The notes: generated by a model not told the origin, from the letters alone. Counted from the first letter of the stretch, positions 52,190-64,000 are shown. The stretch: DNA of 64,000 nt from Carcharhinus amblyrhynchos (GCA_965287045.1 OZ336885.1:37386001-37450000), one strand, 5' to 3'. Program-made: numbers and translations.

Positions 52190-52880
52190 TGACATTCAAT
52201 GGCATTCTCATCGCTCAATCCACCACCATCAACATCCTGAGGGTTATCATTGATCAGTCATATAAATACTGAGGCTGCAAGAGCAGGTCAGAGGCTGGGA
52301 AATCTACAGTAAGCAACTCACTTCCTGACTTCCCAAAGCCTGCCCTTTACAAGTCACAAATCAGGAATGTGTTAGAAACCTTTCCATTGCCAGGACGAGT
52401 GCAGCTCCAACAACACGTAAGAAATTTGACTCTATCCAGGCAAAGCAGCCTGCTTGATTGGCACCCCATCAACCAGCTTCAACATTCATTCCCTCCATCA
52501 CCAATGCATAGTGCCAGCAATGTGTACCAGCTACAAGATGCACTGCAGAAACTCAGAAAGGCTCTTCAACAGAACTTTCCAAACCAAACCTGCAATCTCT
52601 ACCAGCTGGAAGAACAAGGGAAGCAGATACATGAGAACACCACCACCTGCAAGTTTCTTCCCCCAAACCACACACTATCCTGACTTTGGAAATTTATTGC
52701 AGTTCATTTGCTGACACTGGATAAATTCCTGGAACTCCCTACCTTGCAGCACTATGGGACCATTTACGCCACCAAGCCTCCAGTGGTTCAAGACACAGCT
52801 TCTCAAGAGCAATTGGGGATGAGCAATGAATGCTGGTCTAGCCAGCAGCATTCATTTCCCATGAACAATTGAAATAAACA
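52190..52880 (+). mobile_element. Jockey-group LINE 3' fragment
   Basis: Homologous to 11750-12810 (IGTPSTSFNIHSLHHQ...). Confidence 0.85.
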
Positions 52881-52916
52881 CCACTGGGAGGCAGTGGCTG
52901 CTGGTGGTACTACAAC

Positions 52917-53057
52917 CACAGTAAAAAGTCTGACAACACCAGGTTTTAGTCCAACCGTTTTATTTGATTGTCAAATAAATCGGTTGGACTAAAACCTGGT
53001 GTTGTCAGACTTTTTACTGTGTTTACGCCAGTCCAACGCCGGCATGCTCACATCATG
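52917..53057. mobile_element. Miniature palindromic PLE insertion
   Basis: 51-bp arms 52917-52967 / 52971-53021 (one mismatch), 3-nt loop, near-identical tail to the 47 kb element, and 14-bp TSD GGTACTACAACCAC (52906-52919, 53058-53071). Confidence 0.93.
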
Positions 53058-53389
53058 GGTACTACAACCACCTGAGGCCACTGATCACCATGGGCTCAGA
53101 TGCAGTGTTAGTTTGAGAGGGGAGGGGTGAGGGGAGTGGGGAGTGGGGATGGGGATGGGGACAGTGGGGGGAAGTCACAGATGAGAGTTGCAGGGAGGGG
53201 TGTTGACACCAAGTGCAAAGATTTGTTCTTAGCGGACCCCCTGCTCAAAATGTCGGGTTCCTCGGTCAGTGAAGAAACAAAAGACAAGTTTAGAGGATGT
53301 GTGAATGGCAGAATGAAGCACAACTTCTGCCTAAAAAGAGAATCAAGAGAAAAAGAAGCGTAAAACCAAAACCTGAAGACAAACAGGGA

Positions 53390-53815
53390 ACATAATGGGG
53401 GCTGAGGTTATGTTCTGAACTCAGTGTTGAATCCAGGAGGCTTTAGACTGCCGAATGGAAAGATAAGGCACTGTTCCTCAAAATTACGTTGAACTTGATT
53501 GTAACATTGTCAGAAGCCAAGGACAGAGAAAGGCATGAGAGCAAGAGGGAGAATTAAAATAATAAGTGAGGTAAAATCAAGGTCTTGTTTGCAGACTGAA
53601 CCAAGGTATTCTGCAAAACAGACATCCAAACTGTGTTTGGTCTTCCCAGTAGAGCGCAGATTGCACTATGAGCAGTGAATACTGTATACTAAATTGAAAG
53701 AAATACATATAAATTATTGTTTCACCTGGAAGGAGTCTTTGGGACCTTGGATGCTGAGGAGAGAGAAGGGGAAAGGGCAGGTGATGCATCTCCTGCCTTT
53801 CATGGAAAGGTGGTG
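53390..53815 (-). mobile_element. Old Penelope-like GIY-YIG fragment
   Basis: Degenerate TCPF.S...IQGPKDSFQVKQ.FICISFNLVY...C..C.L...G.T motifs on the minus strand. Confidence 0.7.
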
Positions 53816-53824
53816 TCGTACGTT

Positions 53825-54150
53825 TGGGCGGCATGGTGACACTGTTGCCTCACAGCTTCAGGGACCTGAGTTCAATTCCCAACTTGGGTCACTGTCTGGG
53901 TGGAGTCTGCACATTCTCCCCATGTTTGTGTGGGTTTCCTCTGGGTTCTCCGGTTTCCTCCTGGAGGAAAGTTGTGTGGGTTAGATTGATTGGACATGAT
54001 AAATGTCCTGATTTGTGATAGGTTAGAGCAATAAGCAGGGTAACTAAGCGGAGATAGGCCCTGGGTGGGATTGTTATCAGTGCAGACTCAATGGGCCGAA
54101 TGGCCTCCTTCTGCACTGTAGGTTTCTATGATTCTTTCTATGATTCTAAG
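53825..54150 (+). mobile_element. HE1/V-SINE-like SINE
   Basis: Head, V-core and tail ending ttctatgattc. Confidence 0.9.
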
Positions 54151-54289
54151 GGGATTGAGGAATGAAGAAGAGTGACATAGACAGAATGGTCCTTTGGCTG
54201 AAAGGGATGGGGTCTTGGGATGGGAAGATGCATTTGCTGTCACACTGGAAGTGGTGCCGTGGCAGAAGATGGTTGATCACATCTCAGCC

Positions 54290-54840
54290 TCGTCTCCACC
54301 TTCCTGCCTCTCTCTGTAATGCTACTCTCTGCTACTAGTTAAAATCCTATGTATCTCCTTCTTAAAATTGTTTAGTATTCCAGCGTCCACTGCATTCTGG
54401 GGTGGGGTGTTCCACAAATTCATGATCCTCTGAGTGAAGTAATTCTTCCTCATTTCTGTTTTAAATCTGCCATCCCTTAGCCTAAAATTATGGCTTCTCA
54501 TTCCAGAATTTCTAACAAGGAGAAACATCTGCTGTAATGTCTACCCTATCAATCCCCTTCAGCAATTTATATACCTCAAGTAGATCTCCACTCATTCTTC
54601 TAAACTCCAGCAAGTATAGGTTTAAACTGTTCAAGCTCCCTTTATGAGACAAGCTCTTCATCCTTGGAATCAATTTAGTGAACCTTCTCTGAACAGCCTC
54701 TAATGCATTTACATTTTTCCTCAAGGAAGGGGACCGAAACTATGCACTGTACTCCAGATGTGCTCTCACAGTGCTTCCCTACTTTCATATTCTATTCCAT
54801 TAGCAATGAATGACAAAACTCCATTTGTCTTTCTTATTAC
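54290..54840 (-). mobile_element. CR1 LINE fragment
   Basis: ORFs 54322-54528 and 54512-54724 (ALEAVQRRFTKLIP, FKTEMRKNYFTQR). Confidence 0.9.
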
Positions 54841-55169
54841 CGGCTGACTTGGAGCTCCATGTAACCTTATATAGCACACACTGGCACAAGATATTGAGAG
54901 ATACTCAACCAAGCCATCTTCATGAGGTCATTGACCTTCCTCTGACATTGAGACCATATGTGCCTCACCAGCCCAACACTGTTGACTTAAGCAACTGCTT
55001 CCTCTCAGGCAGCGAGTGTTCTTTTTGTGTTTCTCCTCTTCCTGCTGGATGGTACTAGCTGTTCACATCAGTTTCTCACTGCATGGAGGAGGGCTCTCAG
55101 GAAGTCATTGTTAAATTGAGGGGCTGGATTGGCCTTTCTCCCCCTCCCCCTGTTTCAATGGTTTGACAT

Positions 55170-55692
55170 GATCACCTATTATAGAAAGGATATTATTAAG
55201 TGCAGAAGAAATTTACCAAAATCCTACTGGGACTTGATGGATTGAGTTATAAAGAGAGGCAGGATAGACTGAGACTTTTTTCTCTAGAGCGTAGAAGCCT
55301 GAGGGGCGATTTTATAGAGGTCGATGAAATAATGAGGGGCACAGATCAGCTAGATAGTCAATATCTTTTCCCAAAGGTAGGGGAATCTAAAACTAGAGAG
55401 CATAGGTTTAAGGTGAGAGGGGAGAGATACAAAAGGGTCCAGAGAGGCAATTTTTTCACACAGAGGGTGGTGAGCATCTGGAACAAGCTGCCAGAAGTAG
55501 TAGTAAAGTTGGCTACAATTTTGTCTTTTAAAAAATGTTTAGACAGCTACATGGGTAAGATGCGTACAAAGGGATATGGGCCAAATATGGGCAATTGGGA
55601 TTAGCTGAGGGGTTTAAAAAAAAAGAGGGCAGCATGGACAGGTTGGACCGAAGAGCCTGTTTCCATGCTGTAAACCTTTCTGACTCTATGAC
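55170..55692 (+). mobile_element. CR1 LINE 3' end
   Basis: ORF 55200-55604 (GLSYKER...NFFTQRVVSIWNKLP) and 3' tail; same subfamily as 38620-39535. Confidence 0.92.
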
Positions 55693-56939
55693 TCCATCTC
55701 CACAAATTCACGATCCTTTGAGTGAAGTAATTTTTCCTCATTTCTGTTTTAAATCTGCCACCCCTTAGCCTAAAACTATGGCTTCTCCTCTATGGAAAAC
55801 TTCTTTATGATCAGAATCAATACCACTTCTTCTCATTGGCAAATGCAAGACACATCAGACATCACACATACATATTTACCTTCGAGGCCATCAAATTTCC
55901 TCTGTTCCAAAAAGTTGTAGAATGTTGCTGAGTGCAAACATTTGCTGGACCCCTGACACTGACCTGTGCCAAGGGCCCTTTATATTACTGACCTTGATCT
56001 CTTTCCAGGTCGTAGTCAAAGGCTTTGGAGGCCAGACGTCCTGCTCTCCAACATTGCTTGGGTGCAACGTTCACTGACTATAGGAGTCAAACCCACCCTC
56101 TGCTTGCAATTGGATCAATTTGAGCTTTTTGGGGTACGTTTCAATAGCGGGAGAAGTCAGAAGGCTGCCCACTTTCCAGTGTGGGTCCCAACCATACCCC
56201 TCCTGCATTGGCACATATTATTCAGACTAATGTTTTAGGTCTGTGACCTGTCAACAGAACTGGGAATAGTTAGAAATGTAATAGATCATGAGTGAGTGCA
56301 AGGTGGACGGATGGGAAGAAGGACAAAATTGAAGGTCAGTGTATGAGTGGAGGGTAGGTCAGATAAAATAATAAAAGGATTTCATTGTACAAGTTCAAAG
56401 GGAGTGCTAATGGGCCAAGTAGCAAAACAATACCTATGGAGGTAAAAATGGCAGGATCCAGAATCCTTGCAGTCTGAAAACATTGTAAAGAATATAAGAG
56501 AAAAAGGAGGAAAAATCAAACTTGGAGAAGAAAAACAAAACGAAATGGGAGCGGAAGTGACAATCAAAATTTGTTCAACTCAATGTTGAGTCCAGGAAGC
56601 ATAAAGACCTACATATCCGACAAAAAGATAGGTATGGTTAGAACTCATGTGGGTAACCATCACAATATCTTACATTTGGAGGAAGTGAGAGTAGTTAAAG
56701 GACAATTTGTTCAATGTGAGAACAAATTCAGCCAGGCAGAGGAGTGGTGGATGAAGGCTGGTTAGGCCTCCATTCAAGGAAGCAGTGGTGAACCCTCAGA
56801 TCATCCTGATGCAGCATGGAGGTAGAATTTGGACACCTATGGTAAAGAGGTTCTAGTTGTGGCCAGGAGATTGGAAACTGCTAAAAGGGCATCAGAAACT
56901 GCTAAAAGATTCAGGGATGTGACTCTATGATCAGATATG

Positions 56940-57285
56940 TGTATATGTTTCAGTGTACACCATCTGCTAGATGCACTGCAGGATCTCAACAAGACTCCTC
57001 AGACAGCACTTTCCAAACCCACAACTACTACCATCTAGAAGGACAAGGGCAACGGATACATGGGAACACGCCCACCTGGAAGTTCCCTTCCATGCTGCTC
57101 ACCACCTTAATTTGGAACTATATCACCGTTCCTTCTCTGTCACTGAGTCAAAATCCTGGAACTCCCTCCCTAACAGCACTTTGGGTGTACCTACACTAAA
57201 TAGCTGCAGCAATTTAAGAGGTTCACTGCCACCTTCTTAAGGGCATTAGGGATGGATCCACATTCCATGAACGAATATAAAAATA
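56940..57285 (+). mobile_element. Jockey-group LINE 3' end
   Basis: Homologous to 52500-52880. Confidence 0.82.
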
Positions 57286-58512
57286 AGGAATCAATGGAGC
57301 ACAGAGGACAATTGTCATCACTTGTACTTTCACTATAGCTGAGATCAGCTAACACATCATACATTCACAGCAGCGAATTGGGAAATTTTCTCCACTCTTC
57401 CTGTGCCAGTTCTTTGAAAGAACCTTTCAATTAATCACACTCCCTTGCTCTTTCCCCATAGCCCTGCAAATTGTTCCGCCTTGAATATATGTCCAATATT
57501 GATCAAACATTGAACCTGTGGAATCTAGTCTCTATGGTTCATTGCACCACACTGTGCTGAACCAGTGACGGAAATTTCTAATAAAATGAGGTCTTTAGTA
57601 CTGCTCAATCTGACAATACGTTTGGTTAAAACGATTAATCTTATTCTAAGTAACACACAGGAAGCTAGATTCCTCTGATTCAAATAGCCTACCTTTGAAC
57701 CAAGTATTTCAGAATAATGGTGAATGTATCTTAATGTTCTCTTACAGTCTCCAGGAAGTTTGATTTACATCACAAATAACTCAGAACAGCAGGAAATTTC
57801 AAAGGCCTCTTTTTTGGCAGACTCACTGTTTAAAAATTTTTTAAAGAACTTAGCATCATCTCTGTGAGTGACAGAATGAGTAGCAGTGAGTATTATAAGT
57901 GGATTATTCATGACTGAAGTCAAATTACTGGCAGCAAAGGTTCCAAGGTAAATATTATTGAAACAGTAATGATTTTTTTCTCAATTATAAAAACCCATAG
58001 ATGCTGAATATGTTACTGAGGAATGAGGAAGACAAACAACTGAAATAATATGCCATCTTTGTTGTCTACATGTCCCATGAGAATCAAAAAGATAGCCGCA
58101 GAAATTGGGTATACGTTTCTACATTGGAATGTCCAACTTTGGAACTTTCTAGAAAGAGGTTTTGTCTTTTAATAAGTGGAAACTGCTCCAGAAGTTAATA
58201 GTCCCTAGTTTCGCAAACGTCACTAATCTTCCCTGCAGATCAACCGCACATATTGATATACATTCTTTAATTAATAAAGGACTTAAAAACAATAGGGGAA
58301 CATGTTGGCCTCATGTTTAAACATCTCACACACAAGCAGTAAAACATGTTCCATCCACAGCAGGAGGGTGCATTATAAATCAGGTGTTTTGTGAATGGAA
58401 TGAACTAATTGTTTAGACTGAATGTTTTAACCCTGAAAACATAGCATTAACTGTTAGAAACTTATTGCAGCAATAAAATGTCTAGACAGCAATTAACAGC
58501 CTTTTTCTTCAG

Positions 58513-58572
58513 ATGTTTTTAAGAGTGCCATCGGTGTCTGTTCACTGCTCCCTGGAAGGGCCAGAAAAGATG
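58513..58572 (+). other. Candidate 60-nt exon
   Basis: Branch-like ttaac, acceptor ctttttcttcag and donor gtaatt. Open phase-1 frame VFKSAIGVCSLLPGRARKD. Confidence 0.4.
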
Positions 58573-59741
58573 GTAATTTGTTTTATTCTTGAAGGTGTAA
58601 TATTTCTTTTCCTGTGCTTCCTGTTGGGTTTTATTGAAATGCACAATGAAATTAAAAGGCATTGTATTGCCTTTATTTTTGCTCTTCTTTCAATAAAATC
58701 TACCGAATCATTTCACTTTTAGATCTTAAGTGTCACTGTGATGGTGTAATCCTATCAATGATTCTAAACCTAACTCGGATCAGGTAGAAAGTGACACTCG
58801 AAGAGTAATTGACAATCTAATGATTTAAATCAATGGAAACAAAGAGGATGTGGAAATTACACACTTACGTAAGGACTGAATTTTATTGGATGATTTGCAG
58901 TGAGTATCCTTCCAACACAAAGTTGTAATGCGGATGTTATTGTTGCATTTTTTATTCTGTCTAAATGTCATGTCTTGAAAAAGAAATTCTCCCTTTGTCT
59001 TCTTTCGATATCCATACCATAGTACAGGCTTAAACTAGACTCTGCCAGCACGCAGGTCTACCAATGCAATCTGGTACAGGGTGCTAATATATAGAGAGTG
59101 ACTGGAAGATGGGAGATGGAGCTAGGACCAGAGAAAGGGACTGAACTTCTCATTTTCCTTTCAATAAGTTCCTGGCCCAATTTATAGCATAAGCCAAGTC
59201 AGAAACAGACCTAAATTTGTATCTTGTTGTCCTAAGTTGAATGCACTGCGACATTCTTCCACCTGCATGTTTACACTTCCAGTATTCCTAAAATATAAGT
59301 TGCGTTTGAAATTCATGCTGCCTGTAAAACAAAAGAACTTGCATTTATTTGACGCCTTTCACGACCTTAGAGTGTCCCATAGGCCTTATAGTCAATGAAG
59401 TGATTCAAAATGTTGTCACTGCAATCATGCAGAGTAATGTGTCAGCCACTGTGCACAAAGATCACGTGAACAGCATTGAGATTAATTCCCCAATCGATAG
59501 TGCTGTTGTTTGAAGGATAAATGTTGGTCAGGATGGAAGGGAGAACTTCCCCACTTTGCCTCTCGAGAGGTGCCTTGGGAAGCTGAAATTTCTATCACTG
59601 TTGCAACAAGAATCTGATTAAATCTTTCCTGATAGAATCTGGAATTTCATATTAAAAATATTTACATTCCAATCATTTCTGCCTTTGAAAATATATTTTT
59701 GCTTTACTTGAACTACTGCAAAAGGAACAAGAAGGATTGTG

Positions 59742-60660
59742 CTTGCCAGCTCTGGTCAGATGTATTCCTGGAGGTTTCATCACATGATCTCCCGTCCGCA
59801 ACTACGTACTGCGCATTTTTTGAAACAATAAATGAAACTTTCAAAGAAATGTGAAAGAAATTGTAATGACTCTGTTTCTCCCAAGGAGTGTAAAACAGTG
59901 TCCAGAATGTTGATTTACAATTCCAAAATGAAGCAAAGAATGACAGTCACAGGCCAAAATACATGTTACAGCAGACAAAACTCTCTGTGCAAATGGAAAT
60001 AGTGAACAGGAAGGAACTCCCCTTTTATTCATGTGTTTGAATGCCGAATGAACTACTAGTTGCTGCATCGTTGTTGTTGAAGTAAATAATAGGCTTTCTC
60101 TGTTGTTTTACTTATCGAATTCCTGGTTCATTCAGAGAGGATTGAACAAGAGTTTTGGGATTTCAATCATAAAAAACTCCATTGAAATCTTCCACAAACT
60201 TTATTTGGTACTTAGAGTATAAAGCAATATTGTTTGACGCAGATTTTATAAACAGAGCTTTTCTGTTGATAACCATCGGGATGGCAAACATTGAGAAAAA
60301 TATTTGTCCTGGCTGGACAGTTGATCCGTGACGTGAATTGATATGAGAAATGTACTTGTAACTTGAGAAAAAAGCTGAACAGTAAAAATTATGGCCACAG
60401 CCCATTTCACCTTGATTTATGTATTTACGCGTTTGATCCTACAATGGCTTCTTGTCACTTAATCGTGTAAAAACCTGAGTTCACAATGTAGCAAATTAAG
60501 ACATTAATGGATTCAAGTGCATATATTTCACTAACAAAAAATACATAAAAATCACTTTCTCAGTATTGCTTTTTTCAGAAAATTTTTCTTGGATTTCGAA
60601 AGTCCATTTTTACAGAGAGCCTCTTTTTTTAGTGTAATCAGAATGCAACCGGAACTCTCA
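59742..60660. mobile_element. Possible old hAT-type DNA transposon remnant
   Basis: Starts with a TIR-like ttgccagctctggtcagatgtattcctggaggtttc, followed by AT-rich degenerate coding-like sequence. Family inferred from recall. Confidence 0.35.
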
Positions 60661-60675
60661 CTAGTTTGTATATTG

Positions 60676-61505
60676 GGGTGACATGGTGGCACATTAGGAC
60701 AGAGTTGAGGAGGAATTTCTTCACACAAAGGGTTGTAAATCTGTGGCATTCCCTGCCCAGTGAAGCAGTTGAAGCTACCTCATTGAATGTTTTTAAGGCA
60801 AGGATCGATAGATTTTTGAACAGTAAAGGAATTAAGGGTTATGGTGAGCGGGCAGGTAAGTGGAGCTGAGTCCACGAGAAGATCAGCCATGATCTTATTG
60901 AATGGCAGAGCAGGCTCAAGGGGCCAGATGGCCTACTCTTGCTCCTAGTTTTTATATTCTTATTGGTTAGCACTGTCGCCTCACAGCATCAGGGACTCCA
61001 GCTTGGGTCACTGTTTGCACGTACTCCCTGTGTCTGTATGGATTCCTCTGGATGTTCTAGTTTTCTCTGAAAGACCTGCAGGTTAGGTGTGTTGACCATG
61101 CTAAATTGCCTCTTAGTGTACCCGAACAGGCAGTGGAGTGTGGCATCTAGGGGATTTTCACAGTAACTTCAGTGGGTGACAAGGTGGCACAGTGGTTGGC
61201 ACTGCTGCCTCACTGCACCAGGGACCCAGGTTTGATTCCCATCTTGGATCACTGTGCAAAGTCTGCACGTTCTCCCCACGTCTATGTGGGTTTCCTCCTG
61301 GTGCTCAGACTTCCTCCTCCCATAGTCCAAAAGAGGTGCTGGTTAGGTGCATTGGCCATGCCAAAATTCTCCACCAGTGTACCCTAGCAGGCGCCAGAGT
61401 ATGGCGAGTAGGGGATTTTCATGGTAACTTCAGTGCAATGTTAATGTAAGTTTGTGGCACTAATAAATAAATGCAAGCTTACTTGTGACTATTAAATAAA
61501 CTATA
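60676..61505 (+). mobile_element. Nested cluster: V-SINE type B containing a CR1 3' end (60693-60963) and a second V-SINE B (61172-61470)
   Basis: SINE head gtgacatggtggcac interrupted by a CR1 end (RTELRRNFFTQR...), resuming at tggttagcac. The second SINE sits in the first one's tail, whose remainder follows at 61471-61500. Confidence 0.88.
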
Positions 61506-61610
61506 ACCTTTTTTTATAATTATAGAGAAGCAGAAATGTAAATTGGTTAGAAAATATCTATCATATACCACATAATGCCTTTGAACCAGCATAATACATT
61601 TCTCTTTAAG

Positions 61611-61818
61611 TACTATTATGGAACATTTGCTGCCATGGAAGGTTGGGTTTGCATCAAAAATATTGGTATACGGTCTGTAGTGCCCTGATGAACTTCACCT
61701 CAAAACAGAAGAAGCATTGGAAGAAAAATTATCGTTTTCCCCCAAGCCCTTTTGAGCAGCTCACATTGGTATCCATGGAGACTCACCTACCTTCTTGTTT
61801 GCAAACGATGCATTCCTG
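61611..61818 (+). other. Candidate exon
   Basis: Acceptor atttctctttaag and donor CTG|gtaagt. One frame is open across the 208 nt (LLWNICCHG...LQTMHS). Confidence 0.35.
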
Positions 61819-63465
61819 GTAAGTAAATAATTCAATGTTAAAGCTAGGCACTCTGTTTCCACCCATGGTTAACACTGCAGGCCAACACAGTAGAGAGCCA
61901 TTAGTCAGAATTCCTCTTCCTGATCACTATCCACTGGAGAGTATACGTATGCGCCTGTGCATTTTAATTATGGATAGTATCAGGGTCAGCTATGGTTTCC
62001 TCCATGGTTGAATAGCTTGTTGACACTCTGAGGCTTGGTTCTTACATGAAGAAGGATCACTTTGGTGAGCTATCACAGAAGTGCCAATAACCTAGCAAAG
62101 GTAGGTAGCGACCGCGTAAATATAACCCAGCAACAGCAAGGGCTATGGAAAGAGGAGTATCCATGGTTTATGCACTGGTTTTAAATTTTGTACGTACCAT
62201 TTTTTTCTGGGGCTCTATTCTTTACTGATATCTTTCTGTGAAAGATCTTGAGAAGTTTTTCTATTCTAGAGATCAGATATATAAAACAAGTCTGTTCAAA
62301 GGAAGGGGAAAAGTAAAACTTGGTCTCATTTAAAAAATTTTAAGTGCTAAGTAGTGGTTTCCATACAACAAGAAACATGTCGTTATCCATGAGAGGAGAC
62401 TGCAGATTTTCTTATTAATAAATGACAGTTATGTTATGTCACCAGGTTGTGACTTGTGAATGTTAAGCAAGCTCTTGCCTGCTTTTAGTGTGTGCCTCAT
62501 TAACGACAAGATTCACCATTATTAAATTAGTCTCTGGAGCAAGGCAGCTTGGAGTTGAAAGCTAGAACCTTCAATTTTATCCCTTCATGTGCTAATTGTA
62601 TATTAATTGTATTTAATTGCAGGCAGGTGATGGAAATTAACTGGTCATTCATTTGCACTCCAATAAATAGGAATGGAATGAAAGTATGGTTGGATTAGGA
62701 GTTGTATGCTTGTGATGTGTAACAGTAAATCAATGTTTATAGCAGTGTGCAAAGATTGGCTACAGTTTTGATCCTTCATCCAAAATGTAACTCCATAGAA
62801 CATTCCTGATAGGGATTAACCAATCCACCCTCTATTTTGATTTTGATAGCTGGTCTATTTAAATGCGTGAATTCTGTACATTTTTTTACATAGCTAAGTA
62901 CATGTGGGTCCATCCATTAACCTAAAGGGCTGATTCTGAATGACCTGCACCCAGACTTTTGGGAGCATAACTGCATTTAGTCACTACATTGCCCATGTCA
63001 AAGGGTTGGTTTTTTTTTTGAGTGAAATGAGTAGCAACTTTTGGCACAGAATGCTCCTTCCCCTGCACCCTATCCCTGGCTGAGCCCCGATGTCATCATT
63101 TTCCATGAAAGGGAAGGAAGTAGATTACGTTCTTAATAAAGCAAATAGGAAATACATGGAAATGGCAGAGACCTGGTACAACCAGCTCTACATTCTTTTT
63201 CTGAGCATTCTGTTGGTCTCCTACTATAATCTGACAAGAGATTGACAGAACCCCTGAGGAATTTTGGCTTCAAATATGTCTTAATGAATTTTAATAATTG
63301 ACACTGAAGCCATGCAATACGGCAGCTATTCCATCTCATGATCAATTAAGATAATTGTAAATGAGAAGCTTCTTTGAGTGCTTCCTGTTTTAAAACAAAT
63401 TGTAACATGAAGCTATGTTTGAGAATGAAATACAATGCCATATTTTTATTAACTGTAAAATTCAG

Positions 63466-63654
63466 AAGTGGCAATTTAATAAACGACTTTCTCTGGCAAA
63501 TGAACTTTGTGCACGGACTGGAGAATATGGATTTAGATGTCAAACCCCAAGTTAAGCAAACATCCAGTATAACTCACAATTCAGAAGGCATCAAAGAAGA
63601 TGTGTACGGCTATAACATCACCAAACAGTCTAATATTTACCCTTCCTCAGAATT
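63466..63654 (+). other. Candidate 189-nt exon
   Basis: Donor gtaagt at 63655, weak acceptor aaattcag with an upstream ttaac, and open frame SGNLINDFLWQMNFVHGLENMDLD...IYPSSE. Confidence 0.35.
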
Positions 63655-63769
63655 GTAAGTGTTTTGGGTCTTGCCAAGGGAAGGTGGGAAGCGAAGGTTT
63701 GAGAGGCAATGTAGGGAGGGGATCCTCGGCAGGGGGTTAACATCTTGGAGTGGAGTGGAGACTTCTGAT

Positions 63770-64000
63770 GCATCCAAGGAATCCATTAAGGAAAGATCCA
63801 TTTCTGCCCAGACTAAATGTACCAAAGCATTTCCCTGGAACATTATAAAACAAAATATGATACCAAGGCACACCCGGGGATATTTTGCCAGATGACCAAA
63901 AGCTTGATCAAACAGATAGATTTTAAGTGGTATCTTAATGGAGGAAAGGGGTGCACCGAGACAGGGAGGATAAATCACAGCTTAGGGACTTATGCAATTG
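63770..64000 (-). mobile_element. L2/DeuSINE-type 3' tail
   Basis: Minus strand cctttcctccattaagataccacttaaaatctatctgtttgatcaagcttttggtcatctg; similar to 39620-39785. Confidence 0.6.

Noticed and set aside
61681-61818. In-frame TGA (61753-61755) as a selenocysteine codon
   Set aside because: No resemblance to a known selenoprotein, no SECIS visible, and another frame is fully open.
63466-63654. Faint resemblance to a collagen TSPN-domain N-terminus
   Set aside because: Only a few matching residues from memory, and no Gly-X-Y or vWA exons in the window.
1-64000. CRISPR array, rRNA or prokaryotic operon
   Set aside because: No regularly spaced repeats or gene-dense structure; the sequence is vertebrate and TE-rich.

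Overview
Vertebrate genomic DNA, almost certainly a shark (Chondrichthyes), judged from the abundant HE1/V-SINE-type tRNA-derived SINEs and CR1 LINE fragments. The window is intronic or intergenic and repeat-dense. It holds about 20 V-SINE copies with two alternative 3' tails, many CR1 and other Jockey-group LINE fragments (two young CR1 copies with long open ORF2 segments), Rex1/Babar, a probable Nimb/I-type relic, Harbinger transposase relics and MITEs, a solo LTR and Penelope-like elements (PLEs). I could not confidently identify any host protein-coding gene; only scattered exon-like segments are visible. The most striking structure is a cluster of three related PLE insertions at 47.0, 48.9-50.3 and 52.9 kb. 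They share an inverted-arm plus ~40-nt tail architecture with 13-14 bp target-site duplications (TSDs). One is a perfect 154-bp-arm palindrome with a minimal hammerhead ribozyme on each strand and convergent TATA boxes facing the loop. Another contains a ~425-bp inverted copy of neighbouring genomic DNA flanked by microhomologies. Family names come from recalled motifs, not database searches, and old-repeat boundaries are approximate.
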